Source of the DNA: a virus
Virus record (IMG/VR): IMGVR_UViG_3300030116_004830
Coordinates: 1-64,000 of that record
Reading direction: 5' to 3' (one strand)
Length of the DNA stretch: 64,000 nt
Shown: in pieces, positions 1-8,681 of the stretch
Layout of the letters: the number at the start of each line of letters is the position of its first letter
How positions within the stretch are numbered: the stretch's first letter is position 1
Notes under the pieces: generated by a model
The model's database searches: none
What the model was told of the DNA's origin: nothing
Seen by the model: the letters and a program-made list of their open reading frames with translations, nothing else
Position numbers and translations under genes: made by a program

Positions 1-294
1 AATAAATTGTTTATGTCCTTTGGGACCTTTTCCTTTGTGGATTTTAAGAATGAAAATGTAACAGGGATGAAGTTACCCATCAAATGTTGGATACATACCC
101 ATCCCTTTGGTTCTGCTTATTTCAGTGGAACCGATATGAGAACAATCAATACTTGGAAGAGTGTTATGCTTAGTGCTATTGTTTTGGGAGATAATGAACA
201 TCAAACTTGGATGAACTCTAAACCCAATGAGGCAATTCATTATACCTATGCTAGAAGAAGAAGAGTAGAATTAAACAAAGGTGAAGAGGAATGA
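1..294 (+). CDS. JAB/MPN+ (JAMM) metallopeptidase, 5'-truncated
   Basis: JAMM motif WIHTHP-x5-S-x2-D (WIHTHPFGSAYFSGTD). The frame is open from base 1, so the start lies upstream of the window. Confidence 0.8.
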   Translation, partial: NKLFMSFGTFSFVDFKNENVTGMKLPIKCWIHTHPFGSAYFSGTDMRTINTWKSVMLSAIVLGDNEHQTWMNSKPNEAIHYTYARRRRVELNKGEEE

Positions 295-539
295 CCGAGG
301 AATACATTGGAGAAATACATACAGACCCTACTGTATTAGATGAATTAGCATATACTTGTTTTTGGTTTGAATCTTCTACTTTAGAAAAGGAACTATATCG
401 TGAAGGCATACCAATAACAAAGAGAATACTAACCGATATGTTAGCGAGAGTCCAAGATAGAATACACATGTGGTTAAATTTTGGCGATAAGATAACTCAA
501 CTTGTTGAGTTGGAAAAGAAAGGAAGTGAAGAGGAATGA
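291..539 (+). CDS. hypothetical protein
   Basis: ATGA overlap coupling on both sides, GGTGA/GAGG RBS. Confidence 0.7.
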   Translation: MTEEYIGEIHTDPTVLDELAYTCFWFESSTLEKELYREGIPITKRILTDMLARVQDRIHMWLNFGDKITQLVELEKKGSEEE

Positions 540-763
540 AATTAGAAGCAATAGGAGAATTTGTAGTATTGAAAGAATCAGAATCAAAGTTGGGTTCATT
601 CGTTATGAGTGAAACTCACAAAGGAGAAGTTGTCTCCGTTGGTCCTGATGTTGAAGGAATAGATGTAGGTGATGAGATTTATTTTCAGCCTAACAAGATT
701 ATCAAGTTGGGTGAATTTTTTGCAGTTCACAAACATGTAATTTGTAGTAAGGTGATTGAATGA
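536..763 (+). CDS. groES: GroES/Cpn10 co-chaperonin
   Basis: MKLEAIGEFVVL...GEVVSVGP...IDVGDEIYF matches the Cpn10 pattern; adjacent to groEL. Confidence 0.85.
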   Translation: MKLEAIGEFVVLKESESKLGSFVMSETHKGEVVSVGPDVEGIDVGDEIYFQPNKIIKLGEFFAVHKHVICSKVIE

Positions 764-912
764 GTGATAAAGTTACAATTGAAATCACTCCTAAACAATG
801 GGAGCATATTCAAGAATTGATGGTGTTCCATAATATTACACAAGAAGAGGCAATCACTTATTTGTTGGTAGTTGGAATGAGAGAAGTAGATTTTAGGGAG
901 GAAAACGTATGA
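760..912 (+). CDS. 50-aa ribbon-helix-helix-like protein (not in ORF track)
   Basis: Manual translation MSDKVTIEITPKQWEHIQELMVFHNITQEEAITYLLVVGMREVDFREENV; AAGGTGA RBS; ATGA overlaps with both groES and groEL. Confidence 0.6.
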   Translation: MSDKVTIEITPKQWEHIQELMVFHNITQEEAITYLLVVGMREVDFREENV

Positions 913-2432
913 TAGTAATAGGAGATGAAGCGAGAGATAAGATGCTAAATGGAATTAACTTGGTGGCTGATGCCGTCAAACCTACCCTTGGCCCAATGGC
1001 TAAGACGGTAGTTTTGAAGGAACATGGTAGACCTATCATCGTTAATGATGGTGTGACTGTTGCTAAGGCAGTAAGCCATGAAGATGAATTTGTAGATATG
1101 GGCGCTAAATTACTAATAGAAGTTGCAACACAAGCACAAAGTTTAGCAGGTGATGGGACGACCACTGCCTGTGTTTTGGCCCAAGCCTTTTGTGAAAAAG
1201 GAATGGAACTTATCAAAAAGGGAAACAACCCTGTTCATGTATCGAATAATTTGAAGAAGATAACTGATGAAATATCCACGGAACTTCTGGAAATGGCAAA
1301 ACCAATTTCAGATTCTAATGATATAGTGAATGTTGCCACAATTGCGGCTAACAATGATAAAGAAATTGGAACTTTAATTGCTAAAGCAATAGAAACAGTA
1401 GGTAATAGTGGAGTAGTTACTGTATCTGAATCTCAAGATATGAATACAACATTAGAAGTTGTTAATGGTTTAGAGATTGAAAGAGGATATAGACATCATC
1501 ACTTTACTACTGATAAAGATAAGAATCAAACAGTGATGGAGAACCCATTGGTTCTAGTATCTAATTTACAGATAGTTAGATTTCAAGAAATGGTTCCTTT
1601 ATTGGAAAAGGTCGCTGAAACTAAAAGACCACTAGTATTGATTTCTAGATTGTTAGAAGAACATGCTATGGCTAATCTAATCGTGAATGTAATGAATGGT
1701 ATTGTGAAGGTATGTCCCGTTGAATCGCCTGATTATGGACATATCTCTGATGCTCTTTTAGAAGATATTGCAATCGTTACTGGTGGTAAGTTTGTTGACT
1801 ATCACGCTAACCATAAGTTAGAGGATGTAGAGATTGAAGATTTAGGAACTGCCGATAAAATTACCATTAGGGAAAATAAGACCATCATTGTTAATGGTGG
1901 TGGAGAAAAGGAAGCCGTGGAAGCAAGAGCGAAGATGATTGAAGGCCATTTTGATTTAGCGGATAATGATTTTCAGTTAGACAAGATGAAAACTAGAGTT
2001 GCTAAACTACTAGGTGGCGTTGCAGTATTGAAGATTGGTGCTTCATCAGAAGTAGAGATGAGAGATACTATGGAAAGAGTAGATGATGCCTTGAACGCTA
2101 CTAGAGCCGCTATGGAATTAGGAGTAATTGAAGGCGGAGGATACACGCTTGCTATTAATAAAACGGCTTTACATAGTTATTGGGAATCCTGTTTTCAAGA
2201 ACCTTATTATCAAATTTTGAAAAATGCAGGGATTGAAAGACCAAAGAAGATTATACCGCTTAACGCAAGAACAAACAAGAAATGTGACTTCTACAAAGAA
2301 GGAATCATTGACCCAGTTAAGGTTACACTATCTTCATTGAATAGTGCATCCTCGGTTGCCGCTTTGGTCCTTACCTCTGAAGTTTTAGTGGGGGTGGAAG
2401 ACGATGTTATGTCGAAACAAGGGATGCTTTAA
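909..2432 (+). CDS. groEL: group I chaperonin GroEL/Cpn60
   Basis: TLGP, NDGVT, GDGTTT and DDALNATRAA motifs, GIIDPVKV; no GGM-repeat tail. Confidence 0.97.
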   Translation: MIVIGDEARDKMLNGINLVADAVKPTLGPMAKTVVLKEHGRPIIVNDGVTVAKAVSHEDEFVDMGAKLLIEVATQAQSLAGDGTTTACVLAQAFCEKGMELIKKGNNPVHVSNNLKKITDEISTELLEMAKPISDSNDIVNVATIAANNDKEIGTLIAKAIETVGNSGVVTVSESQDMNTTLEVVNGLEIERGYRHHHFTTDKDKNQTVMENPLVLVSNLQIVRFQEMVPLLEKVAETKRPLVLISRLLEEHAMANLIVNVMNGIVKVCPVESPDYGHISDALLEDIAIVTGGKFVDYHANHKLEDVEIEDLGTADKITIRENKTIIVNGGGEKEAVEARAKMIEGHFDLADNDFQLDKMKTRVAKLLGGVAVLKIGASSEVEMRDTMERVDDALNATRAAMELGVIEGGGYTLAINKTALHSYWESCFQEPYYQILKNAGIERPKKIIPLNARTNKKCDFYKEGIIDPVKVTLSSLNSASSVAALVLTSEVLVGVEDDVMSKQGML

Positions 2433-2507
2433 TCTCTCTCACAGAGGGTTTAGAAAGTGCCTAGCATGTCTCAAGGGATTTACTCCCGATAAAAGAGGTG
2501 AAGAGGA

Positions 2508-2594
2508 ATGAATAAGAAAACAAAAATGGAGGAACACATTGAGTGGATTCTAGCAATAACAAATTGCGTTGAAAAAATGGGGATGATTAAATGA
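2508..2594 (+). CDS. 28-aa hypothetical microprotein (not in ORF track)
   Basis: MNKKTKMEEHIEWILAITNCVEKMGMIK; GAGGTGA/GAGG RBS; ATGA overlap with next gene. Confidence 0.4.
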   Translation: MNKKTKMEEHIEWILAITNCVEKMGMIK

Positions 2595-2806
2595 AGAATG
2601 AAAAATTACTGTATCCTACATTAGCGATACAATTAGTAAATGAACAAGGCATACCATATGAAATGCCTGATGACTGGTTAGAAACTGTAATGTCCATAGG
2701 AGCGTTAATTCACGCTAAATATCAACTAGGAATAGACATAGTTTACGGCATGGCATCGAAAGAAGGTATGAATATAATTAATGAAGAGGTGGAAAATAAT
2801 GAGTGA
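2591..2806 (+). CDS. hypothetical protein
   Basis: ORF within tightly packed + strand operon. Confidence 0.65.
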   Translation: MKNEKLLYPTLAIQLVNEQGIPYEMPDDWLETVMSIGALIHAKYQLGIDIVYGMASKEGMNIINEEVENNE

Positions 2807-3329
2807 AGAAAAGAAAGAAGAAGAAAAGAAAGAAGTCAAAATCAAAGTAATGTTAGAAAAGGGAGAAGAAGACGTTTCTAAACTAAAGAAATGTGTAGAA
2901 CTAATTCTTAGTGATAAGGGCAAACTTGCCTTGGGTCAAGCCTTGACTAACACTATTCAATCAATGGAAAACAGAATGCCTGAGATGTGGAGAGAGTATG
3001 ATAAGTCGTTGAAAGATATGAAATATCTGCTGAGAAACATGGAGATTGAAAAGTCATTTCGTGTGGCTGACTCTATCAATAAAGACACCAAGTATTATGT
3101 TAAGAAGAATGGAGAAGTTATTGCAGAATACGATGATACGATTCACAATAGTATCGTAGCAGTAGAAGTAGCAAAGAATATGCATTCAGTGGATTCTAAC
3201 AACTATTACTCAGCAAGTGTAGAAGTTACCTTTAGTCCTGTATTGATTGAAGGTGGCAGTAAAGAGCCACAAGAAATTGGTCTATGGTCATCTGATTCAG
3301 TAATGACCGATGATGAGTTTGACTTTTGA
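2799..3329 (+). CDS. hypothetical protein
   Basis: Start moved to the ATG after the GAGGTGG RBS; acidic-aromatic C-terminus DDEFDF. Confidence 0.7.
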   Translation: MSEEKKEEEKKEVKIKVMLEKGEEDVSKLKKCVELILSDKGKLALGQALTNTIQSMENRMPEMWREYDKSLKDMKYLLRNMEIEKSFRVADSINKDTKYYVKKNGEVIAEYDDTIHNSIVAVEVAKNMHSVDSNNYYSASVEVTFSPVLIEGGSKEPQEIGLWSSDSVMTDDEFDF

Positions 3330-3338
3330 GGTGAACAA

Positions 3339-3608
3339 ATGAATGAAAAGGAAATAATTGAGAATATGTCCGAAGAGATTCTTAGGTTAAAAAAAGAATT
3401 GAGGAAGTATAAATGGACTAAAGACGAACCTTGCTCAAAAGCGATGAGCCATATTACAATGCACTTTTATTGGGATGAGGGGAACGAGTATCGGCCTCCC
3501 CAACCAAGGGTTTTCTATGACCCCATAGATGGGGTAGGAACAGATATACCTGTATTCAAATTAATAGAATACTTCCATGCTCAAGGGAGAGAATTAAATG
3601 ACGGATGA
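3339..3608 (+). CDS. hypothetical protein
   Basis: GAGGTGA RBS, operon packing. Confidence 0.7.
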   Translation: MNEKEIIENMSEEILRLKKELRKYKWTKDEPCSKAMSHITMHFYWDEGNEYRPPQPRVFYDPIDGVGTDIPVFKLIEYFHAQGRELNDG

Positions 3609-3825
3609 TGAATTGTTAGGTCGTATCCCTAGAGATGCTAAGAATGAATTCAAGGTAACTAGAGGTAGATACTGGAATACCGACTATGTGGATATTAGAT
3701 TACATACGAATGGTAATCATACAAAGAAAGGTATTCGACTTAACTTAGATGAACTGCTGGTTCTAAAACAGATATTAGAAAAAATAAAATTAGGAGATGA
3801 AAAAGATGGTATGGATATACAATGA
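3598..3825 (+). CDS. PC4/Sub1-like ssDNA-binding protein
   Basis: YVDIR...TKKGIRL PC4 signature. Confidence 0.8.
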   Translation: MTDDELLGRIPRDAKNEFKVTRGRYWNTDYVDIRLHTNGNHTKKGIRLNLDELLVLKQILEKIKLGDEKDGMDIQ

Positions 3826-4189
3826 AGAAGAATATAACGAATGGACTAAGGTTCATGCGAATTGGATGAGAGAGAATTTGCCTATTCAAATGGTTGAAGC
3901 CTTTGAAGGGGAATTGGAAACACTGGTAACAGATAAGGACAAACATGGTTTCATGATTTTCCATTTGTTGCATATGTCTACTCTTACAACAGATGATGGT
4001 TACTTGTATTGGGAAGAAGCCCAAAACACTTGGAACCTAGCACTACCAATGATGCAAGCATTCAATACAATGTGCATGGGTCTTGCTCAAAGAGCAAATG
4101 ATGAAAAGACACTACACGCAATTGGATTGGCTAATGCTCTAATGCTACAGATGTTTGCTCCACCTGACCAAGGATTTGAGGAAGAATGA
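3797..4189 (+). CDS. hypothetical protein
   Basis: AGGAG RBS, operon packing. Confidence 0.7.
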   Translation: MKKMVWIYNEEEYNEWTKVHANWMRENLPIQMVEAFEGELETLVTDKDKHGFMIFHLLHMSTLTTDDGYLYWEEAQNTWNLALPMMQAFNTMCMGLAQRANDEKTLHAIGLANALMLQMFAPPDQGFEEE

Positions 4190-4428
4190 ATGACCACCAA
4201 GATAGTGAGAACTTTTCTTACAATAGGTCTTGGGAAGAAATAGAGAACATGCTTCATCAAGCAGAGCGTGAACAGAATGACTGTTATATGCAATTACAGA
4301 ATTGTAAGAGAAAAGACCGCATGTATTGGATGAGAAAATACAAGGGTCTTGAAGGAGTTATCAATGGACTAAGATGGGTCCTTGGTGACTTAAGAATGAA
4401 TAAAAGAAAGGTATTGGGGAGAGAATAA
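4186..4428 (+). CDS. hypothetical helical protein
   Basis: ATGA and TAATG coupling. Confidence 0.7.
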   Translation: MNDHQDSENFSYNRSWEEIENMLHQAEREQNDCYMQLQNCKRKDRMYWMRKYKGLEGVINGLRWVLGDLRMNKRKVLGRE

Positions 4429-5963
4429 TGAAATGGATAGAGTTTTGCAGATTAATGCAAGCAGTAGAAAATAGAACTCCTACTAAGACAATCAGTTTGA
4501 TAGCAAAGGACTACGAACATAATTCTCAATTCATTAAGATTCTATCCCTAGAACTAGACGCTAACAATCTTGCTAGTAAGAAAGCCTTTAGGTGGGTAGT
4601 CAATGCGTTAGAAGTATTTGATGAAGAGGTTGAGTTAGCAATATACCAACATGGAGATATTGGTGAAGGAGTATATCACTTCGTCCAAGATGGTGAAGAT
4701 TCAGAAATGAATCTTAGTTCTGTCTTACACCTCTTATCTATGGATTGTAGTAAGAGTGATGGCCAATCCTACAATGCGTTTTATGTCGCATTCAATTCAA
4801 TGTCGGCATTAGAAAAGAAATGGTTTTTGAGATATTGGTTGAGGACTCCTAGAAATGGTATCAACAGTGGAACCGTTAGGAAGTTACTAGCCAAGATTTA
4901 CGGCAAGAAAGAAGCAGAAGTAAAGAAGCATAATCAGTTACACAGTTTAGAGGATATTTCTATCTTCTATGCTAGAGGTGAAGAACCTCCCAATGATTTG
5001 AAATTTGGTAGATACATAGCACCAATGTTGGCTAAGGCAGTGCCTAAAAAGAAATGGCCAAAGGAACATATTGTTGAATACAAGTATGATGGTGCTAGGT
5101 ATCAAATTCACAAAACGGGTTCTGTAGTTCTTGGAATTTCAATTATTATATTCAATCGTAAAGGTAAGATAGTAACTGATAAGTTCCCTGATATTGTAAA
5201 AGAAATTAGAAGTTGGAAATTCGATGAGTCATTTATTATTGATACAGAAATCTATCCTATTGAAAGTGACGGTAGACCTGCTCCTTTCAAGAAGATGGGA
5301 ACTCGCATTCACTCAAAGAATGTGAAGGAAGCGATTGAAAAATGCCCCGTAGAACTGGCAGTATTCGATTGTATGATGTTCAATGATGAAAACCTAATGG
5401 ATTCACCATTAAAAGATAGAATCAATACTATCGTTAAATTCCCAAAGCAAGCAGTTAGAAGCACTTTGAAAGAAGAAAACGATATATTCTACAATCTATC
5501 AATCAATGATGGTTATGAAGGTATTATGATTAAAGACCTTAATGCTACTTATCAAAGTGGTAAAAGGTCAGTTGCTTGGGCTAAATACAAACCTCCTAGG
5601 TTTGAATTAGATGTAGTAGTTACAGGAGCAAGATACGGTGATGGTAAAAGGTCTAGCGTGTTTGCATCTTATGATATTGCAGTAAAGAACGGTAACGAAT
5701 ATATATCAGTTGGAAGTATAGGAACGGGCTTTAGTGATATTGACCTATTGTATTTGACCAACGAAGGTAAAAAGATTGTATCAGGAATAGAAGGAACTAC
5801 ACACAAATGGCTTCCTAGAATAGTGTTGGAAGTCACTTGTGATTTAGTAACTAGAGATGCTAATAGTAATCTTGGATTAAGATTTCCTAGAATGCTTAGG
5901 ATAAGAACGGATAAACCTGTATCTGATATTAATACTTTAGAAGATGTGGAGGGAATGATATGA
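4428..5963 (+). CDS. lig: ATP-dependent DNA ligase (replication module)
   Basis: EYKYDGAR motif I, EGIMIK motif IV, WAKYK motif V, LRFPR motif VI, N-terminal DNA-binding domain. Confidence 0.95.
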   Translation: MKWIEFCRLMQAVENRTPTKTISLIAKDYEHNSQFIKILSLELDANNLASKKAFRWVVNALEVFDEEVELAIYQHGDIGEGVYHFVQDGEDSEMNLSSVLHLLSMDCSKSDGQSYNAFYVAFNSMSALEKKWFLRYWLRTPRNGINSGTVRKLLAKIYGKKEAEVKKHNQLHSLEDISIFYARGEEPPNDLKFGRYIAPMLAKAVPKKKWPKEHIVEYKYDGARYQIHKTGSVVLGISIIIFNRKGKIVTDKFPDIVKEIRSWKFDESFIIDTEIYPIESDGRPAPFKKMGTRIHSKNVKEAIEKCPVELAVFDCMMFNDENLMDSPLKDRINTIVKFPKQAVRSTLKEENDIFYNLSINDGYEGIMIKDLNATYQSGKRSVAWAKYKPPRFELDVVVTGARYGDGKRSSVFASYDIAVKNGNEYISVGSIGTGFSDIDLLYLTNEGKKIVSGIEGTTHKWLPRIVLEVTCDLVTRDANSNLGLRFPRMLRIRTDKPVSDINTLEDVEGMI

Positions 5964-6484
5964 ATGTATGTAGATGGAAAGGAACTAAAAGACAGGGAAG
6001 AATACTTTGTGGTAAACCCATTAGTGAAGTAGAGAGTATTACCACTGATGATGCAGTAATTACTTGCAGGGAATGTTTATTGTTAATTACTAAATTTAAT
6101 TCTAAGGCCAAACATATTCATCTAAATGCAGATTTCCTTTCCTTTGCTAACATAGGAGATAACGGCCTTGTAGATTTTGAGGATTACCAAGAAATAAAGG
6201 ACGGAAGAAAAAGAACAGGAGTCAAGGACGCTAAGGTTATCTGCAAAGAGGACTCACCTAATTTTTTTATTCCTGAACACAGAATAACGAATGACCCAAA
6301 AAAGGTATCATGCAAACATTGTTTGAAAATATGGGGTAAAAACGAAACAAAGAGATTTGTTCTAACAGGTATCATGTTGGAAACAGGTCTACCTTTGGTG
6401 AAAATCAATAGTAGAATTAGACACGCTTCAAGTAAGAAACTATCTAGTATGCTAGATAAGATGCTTTACGGAGACAAAGTATAA
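5960..6484 (+). CDS. hypothetical protein with two Cys-rich zinc-finger-like repeats
   Basis: ILCGK...VITCREC and VICKE...VSCKHC. Confidence 0.65.
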   Translation: MNVCRWKGTKRQGRILCGKPISEVESITTDDAVITCRECLLLITKFNSKAKHIHLNADFLSFANIGDNGLVDFEDYQEIKDGRKRTGVKDAKVICKEDSPNFFIPEHRITNDPKKVSCKHCLKIWGKNETKRFVLTGIMLETGLPLVKINSRIRHASSKKLSSMLDKMLYGDKV

Positions 6485-6485
6485 A

Positions 6486-6767
6486 TTGGTGATATTAATA
6501 CCACCTAACATGATACAATGGTTATTGAAGTCCATCCTATTTGTAATGGGTTGGGTGTATGTGGTTTTGGATAATTTTGTAAAATATCCGACAGAAGAAA
6601 TATGTGGAATAGAGATTGATGAAGATTTGAGAAAATTGGATAGAAAACAACTTTGCACATTACTAGAAATAAAATATGATTTAGGAGAGGATGAATTTTG
6701 GAATTTACCATCAACATCAAAGATTCGCCTAGGTTGCCAGTTGGCTTTAGACAAAAAGAAACAATAG
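6486..6767 (+). CDS. hypothetical protein, N-terminal hydrophobic segment
   Basis: ORF track; start uncertain. Confidence 0.55.
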   Translation: MVILIPPNMIQWLLKSILFVMGWVYVVLDNFVKYPTEEICGIEIDEDLRKLDRKQLCTLLEIKYDLGEDEFWNLPSTSKIRLGCQLALDKKKQ

Positions 6768-6781
6768 TGTGGGAACCTAAC

Positions 6782-7138
6782 ATGGAGTTCTACACTGATG
6801 AAAATATGAAACGCATATGGTCAGAAGAATATGGTAGAATAACTACTATATCTTTCATGGTCTATGGTGACTTAGGAAAGAGAGATAACCTTTCTATTAA
6901 TTACGCTATTCGTGATGGTATCGAAAACAAAAAGTTTGCACAGGTATTAGAAAGAATAGATTTTGATACCGCAGAATTATATGATTTACATCAAGGGATA
7001 TGTATCCAATGGATATTCCCTGATAAATTAGAAAACCTAGATGAAATAACAGATTTGATAGAAAGTGGTTTAGAGTATCTTAGAATTAAAAATGAATGTA
7101 TAGGAGCGATAGTAGATGTTTACGCAAGGACAACTTGA
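6782..7138 (+). CDS. hypothetical protein
   Basis: Start moved to ATG 6782; overlaps next gene. Confidence 0.6.
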   Translation: MEFYTDENMKRIWSEEYGRITTISFMVYGDLGKRDNLSINYAIRDGIENKKFAQVLERIDFDTAELYDLHQGICIQWIFPDKLENLDEITDLIESGLEYLRIKNECIGAIVDVYARTT

Positions 7139-7520
7139 AGGAGTAATTTATTCATTAGCATATCCTGAAATAGAAATCACAAAAGATGATAGACAATCAA
7201 TTGGATATAGAATAAGATTAAGAATTAATTTTAGAGCAAAGAATAATTTGTTCCTTCTTAAATTACAAAGAACCCTAGAGGACAAGGGAATACAGTCCTA
7301 TTACAAAGCAAAGGAGAAAGAAGGTAGGCCCTATCCCTTGCTTCGATTAACGAATGTAGATAATCTGATTAAGTTTTTCAGATTAATAGATTTACATGAG
7401 CCTACATCAAATAATAGATTCAATTCCTTTGAAGAAGTATTGACGCTTGTTTCCAATAAGCATCACTTGAAACAAAAAGGTTTTGAGCGCATATTGGAAA
7501 TAAAGGGGTTATTAACTTGA
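7116..7520 (+). CDS. degenerate single-motif LAGLIDADG-fold protein
   Basis: QLEGVIYSLA in place of the LAGLIDADG helix, then GYRIRLRINF strand and C-terminal KHHLKQKGFERILEIK typical of the family. Confidence 0.65.
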   Translation: MFTQGQLEGVIYSLAYPEIEITKDDRQSIGYRIRLRINFRAKNNLFLLKLQRTLEDKGIQSYYKAKEKEGRPYPLLRLTNVDNLIKFFRLIDLHEPTSNNRFNSFEEVLTLVSNKHHLKQKGFERILEIKGLLT

Positions 7521-8368
7521 GTTTAATGGATATGAGTAAAAAGGAAAGACCAATATTAATTACAGGAAAAAGCGGAACGGGAAAAACTACAATTGCTAAA
7601 TCAATGTCTAGAGAAGATTCTCTTATCTTCTATGCTAATGAGATAGAGGATAGAGATTGGAAGAGTGTAACTACAGATGTTATTATCGAAGAGGTTCACT
7701 ACAAACCTAATAAAGAAGTAATAATGAATGTAATTAGGAATTGTAAGAATCAAATTGTGCTTACATCAAACGATGAAAAAAGTATTCCATCGGAAATTAA
7801 GAACTGTTGTAGGGTTAAGAGAGCAGGTAGTGTCTGCCATAATCTAGATACTATCAAACAATTGGCTCCTAGAAGTAGTGAGCCTCACAATATAGAGATG
7901 AGTGTGTTTGAATTAGTAAGTGATTATCTAAAGAATACCAATCGTTCTCAAGTTCTTGAGAACCTTAAACACAACAGACCTGCCGATACTCAGATTATGA
8001 CTTGGCTAGGATTGAACATTCATCCTAACAAGTTAGTGTTCGTTGATGGAAGAGTGAAGAGAAGATGGTCAAGTGACTATTTTTACGAGTTATTGACGTA
8101 TTCCCATGATGGAAAGATGTATTCAAAAGTCACCTTTCCAAAGAGAGGTAACTATTCCAAAGTCCCTAATATCCTTAGAAAACTAAAGATAAAACCGAAT
8201 CAAGGTTATCTTCTGCCTCAATTATTACAAGATTCGGAATTTGAAAAATGGGCAACAAAGAGATTGAAAAGTGAAGAAACTAGAATTGTTGGTATTAAGG
8301 ATAAGAAGAGAGCGAGAAATGCTCCTATTATTCCTGATAGGACACTAAGATTAGAAGGATGGTTTTAG
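7517..8368 (+). CDS. divergent replication factor C large-subunit-like AAA+ protein
   Basis: Walker A GKSGTGKT, Walker B VIIEE, PIP-like C-terminus LRLEGWF, near rfcS. Confidence 0.7.
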   Translation: MSLMDMSKKERPILITGKSGTGKTTIAKSMSREDSLIFYANEIEDRDWKSVTTDVIIEEVHYKPNKEVIMNVIRNCKNQIVLTSNDEKSIPSEIKNCCRVKRAGSVCHNLDTIKQLAPRSSEPHNIEMSVFELVSDYLKNTNRSQVLENLKHNRPADTQIMTWLGLNIHPNKLVFVDGRVKRRWSSDYFYELLTYSHDGKMYSKVTFPKRGNYSKVPNILRKLKIKPNQGYLLPQLLQDSEFEKWATKRLKSEETRIVGIKDKKRARNAPIIPDRTLRLEGWF

Positions 8369-8369
8369 A

Positions 8370-8681
8370 ATGTTACAAAGTAAAACAAGAAGAGTAATCA
8401 AAGAACAACATCAAAAGTATGTAGATTACGGGTTATACCTATGGTATTTGACTTATGGCGATGAACCCTTTAGGTCCAAGGATATTCTTTGGATGGCTAA
8501 AGATAATGCTGATGATTACTTTAGATTAAGTGGGACTTATCTTAAGTTTCACATGAGAAACATGCCTACTGCTTACGCAACAGGAAGATATTTGTCTTCT
8601 TTGAACTATATCGAAAACGTAAGTAAAAGAAATGCGGCATGGAAAATAAATGTAGAAAAATATGAACAAGAGGTGATATAA
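8370..8681 (+). CDS. hypothetical protein
   Basis: TAATG coupling to rfcS. Confidence 0.65.
   Translation: MLQSKTRRVIKEQHQKYVDYGLYLWYLTYGDEPFRSKDILWMAKDNADDYFRLSGTYLKFHMRNMPTAYATGRYLSSLNYIENVSKRNAAWKINVEKYEQEVI

Noticed and set aside
536-2432. Bacterial host or bacterial contamination implied by groES/groEL
   Set aside because: The genes are translationally coupled within the viral operon, share its RBS style and palindrome avoidance, and the replisome is archaeal-type.
2475-2487. GGGATTTACTCCC hairpin after groEL resembling the reverse complement of the 11997 GGGAGTAATCCC hairpin
   Set aside because: Too short to distinguish from chance or a simple terminator stem.
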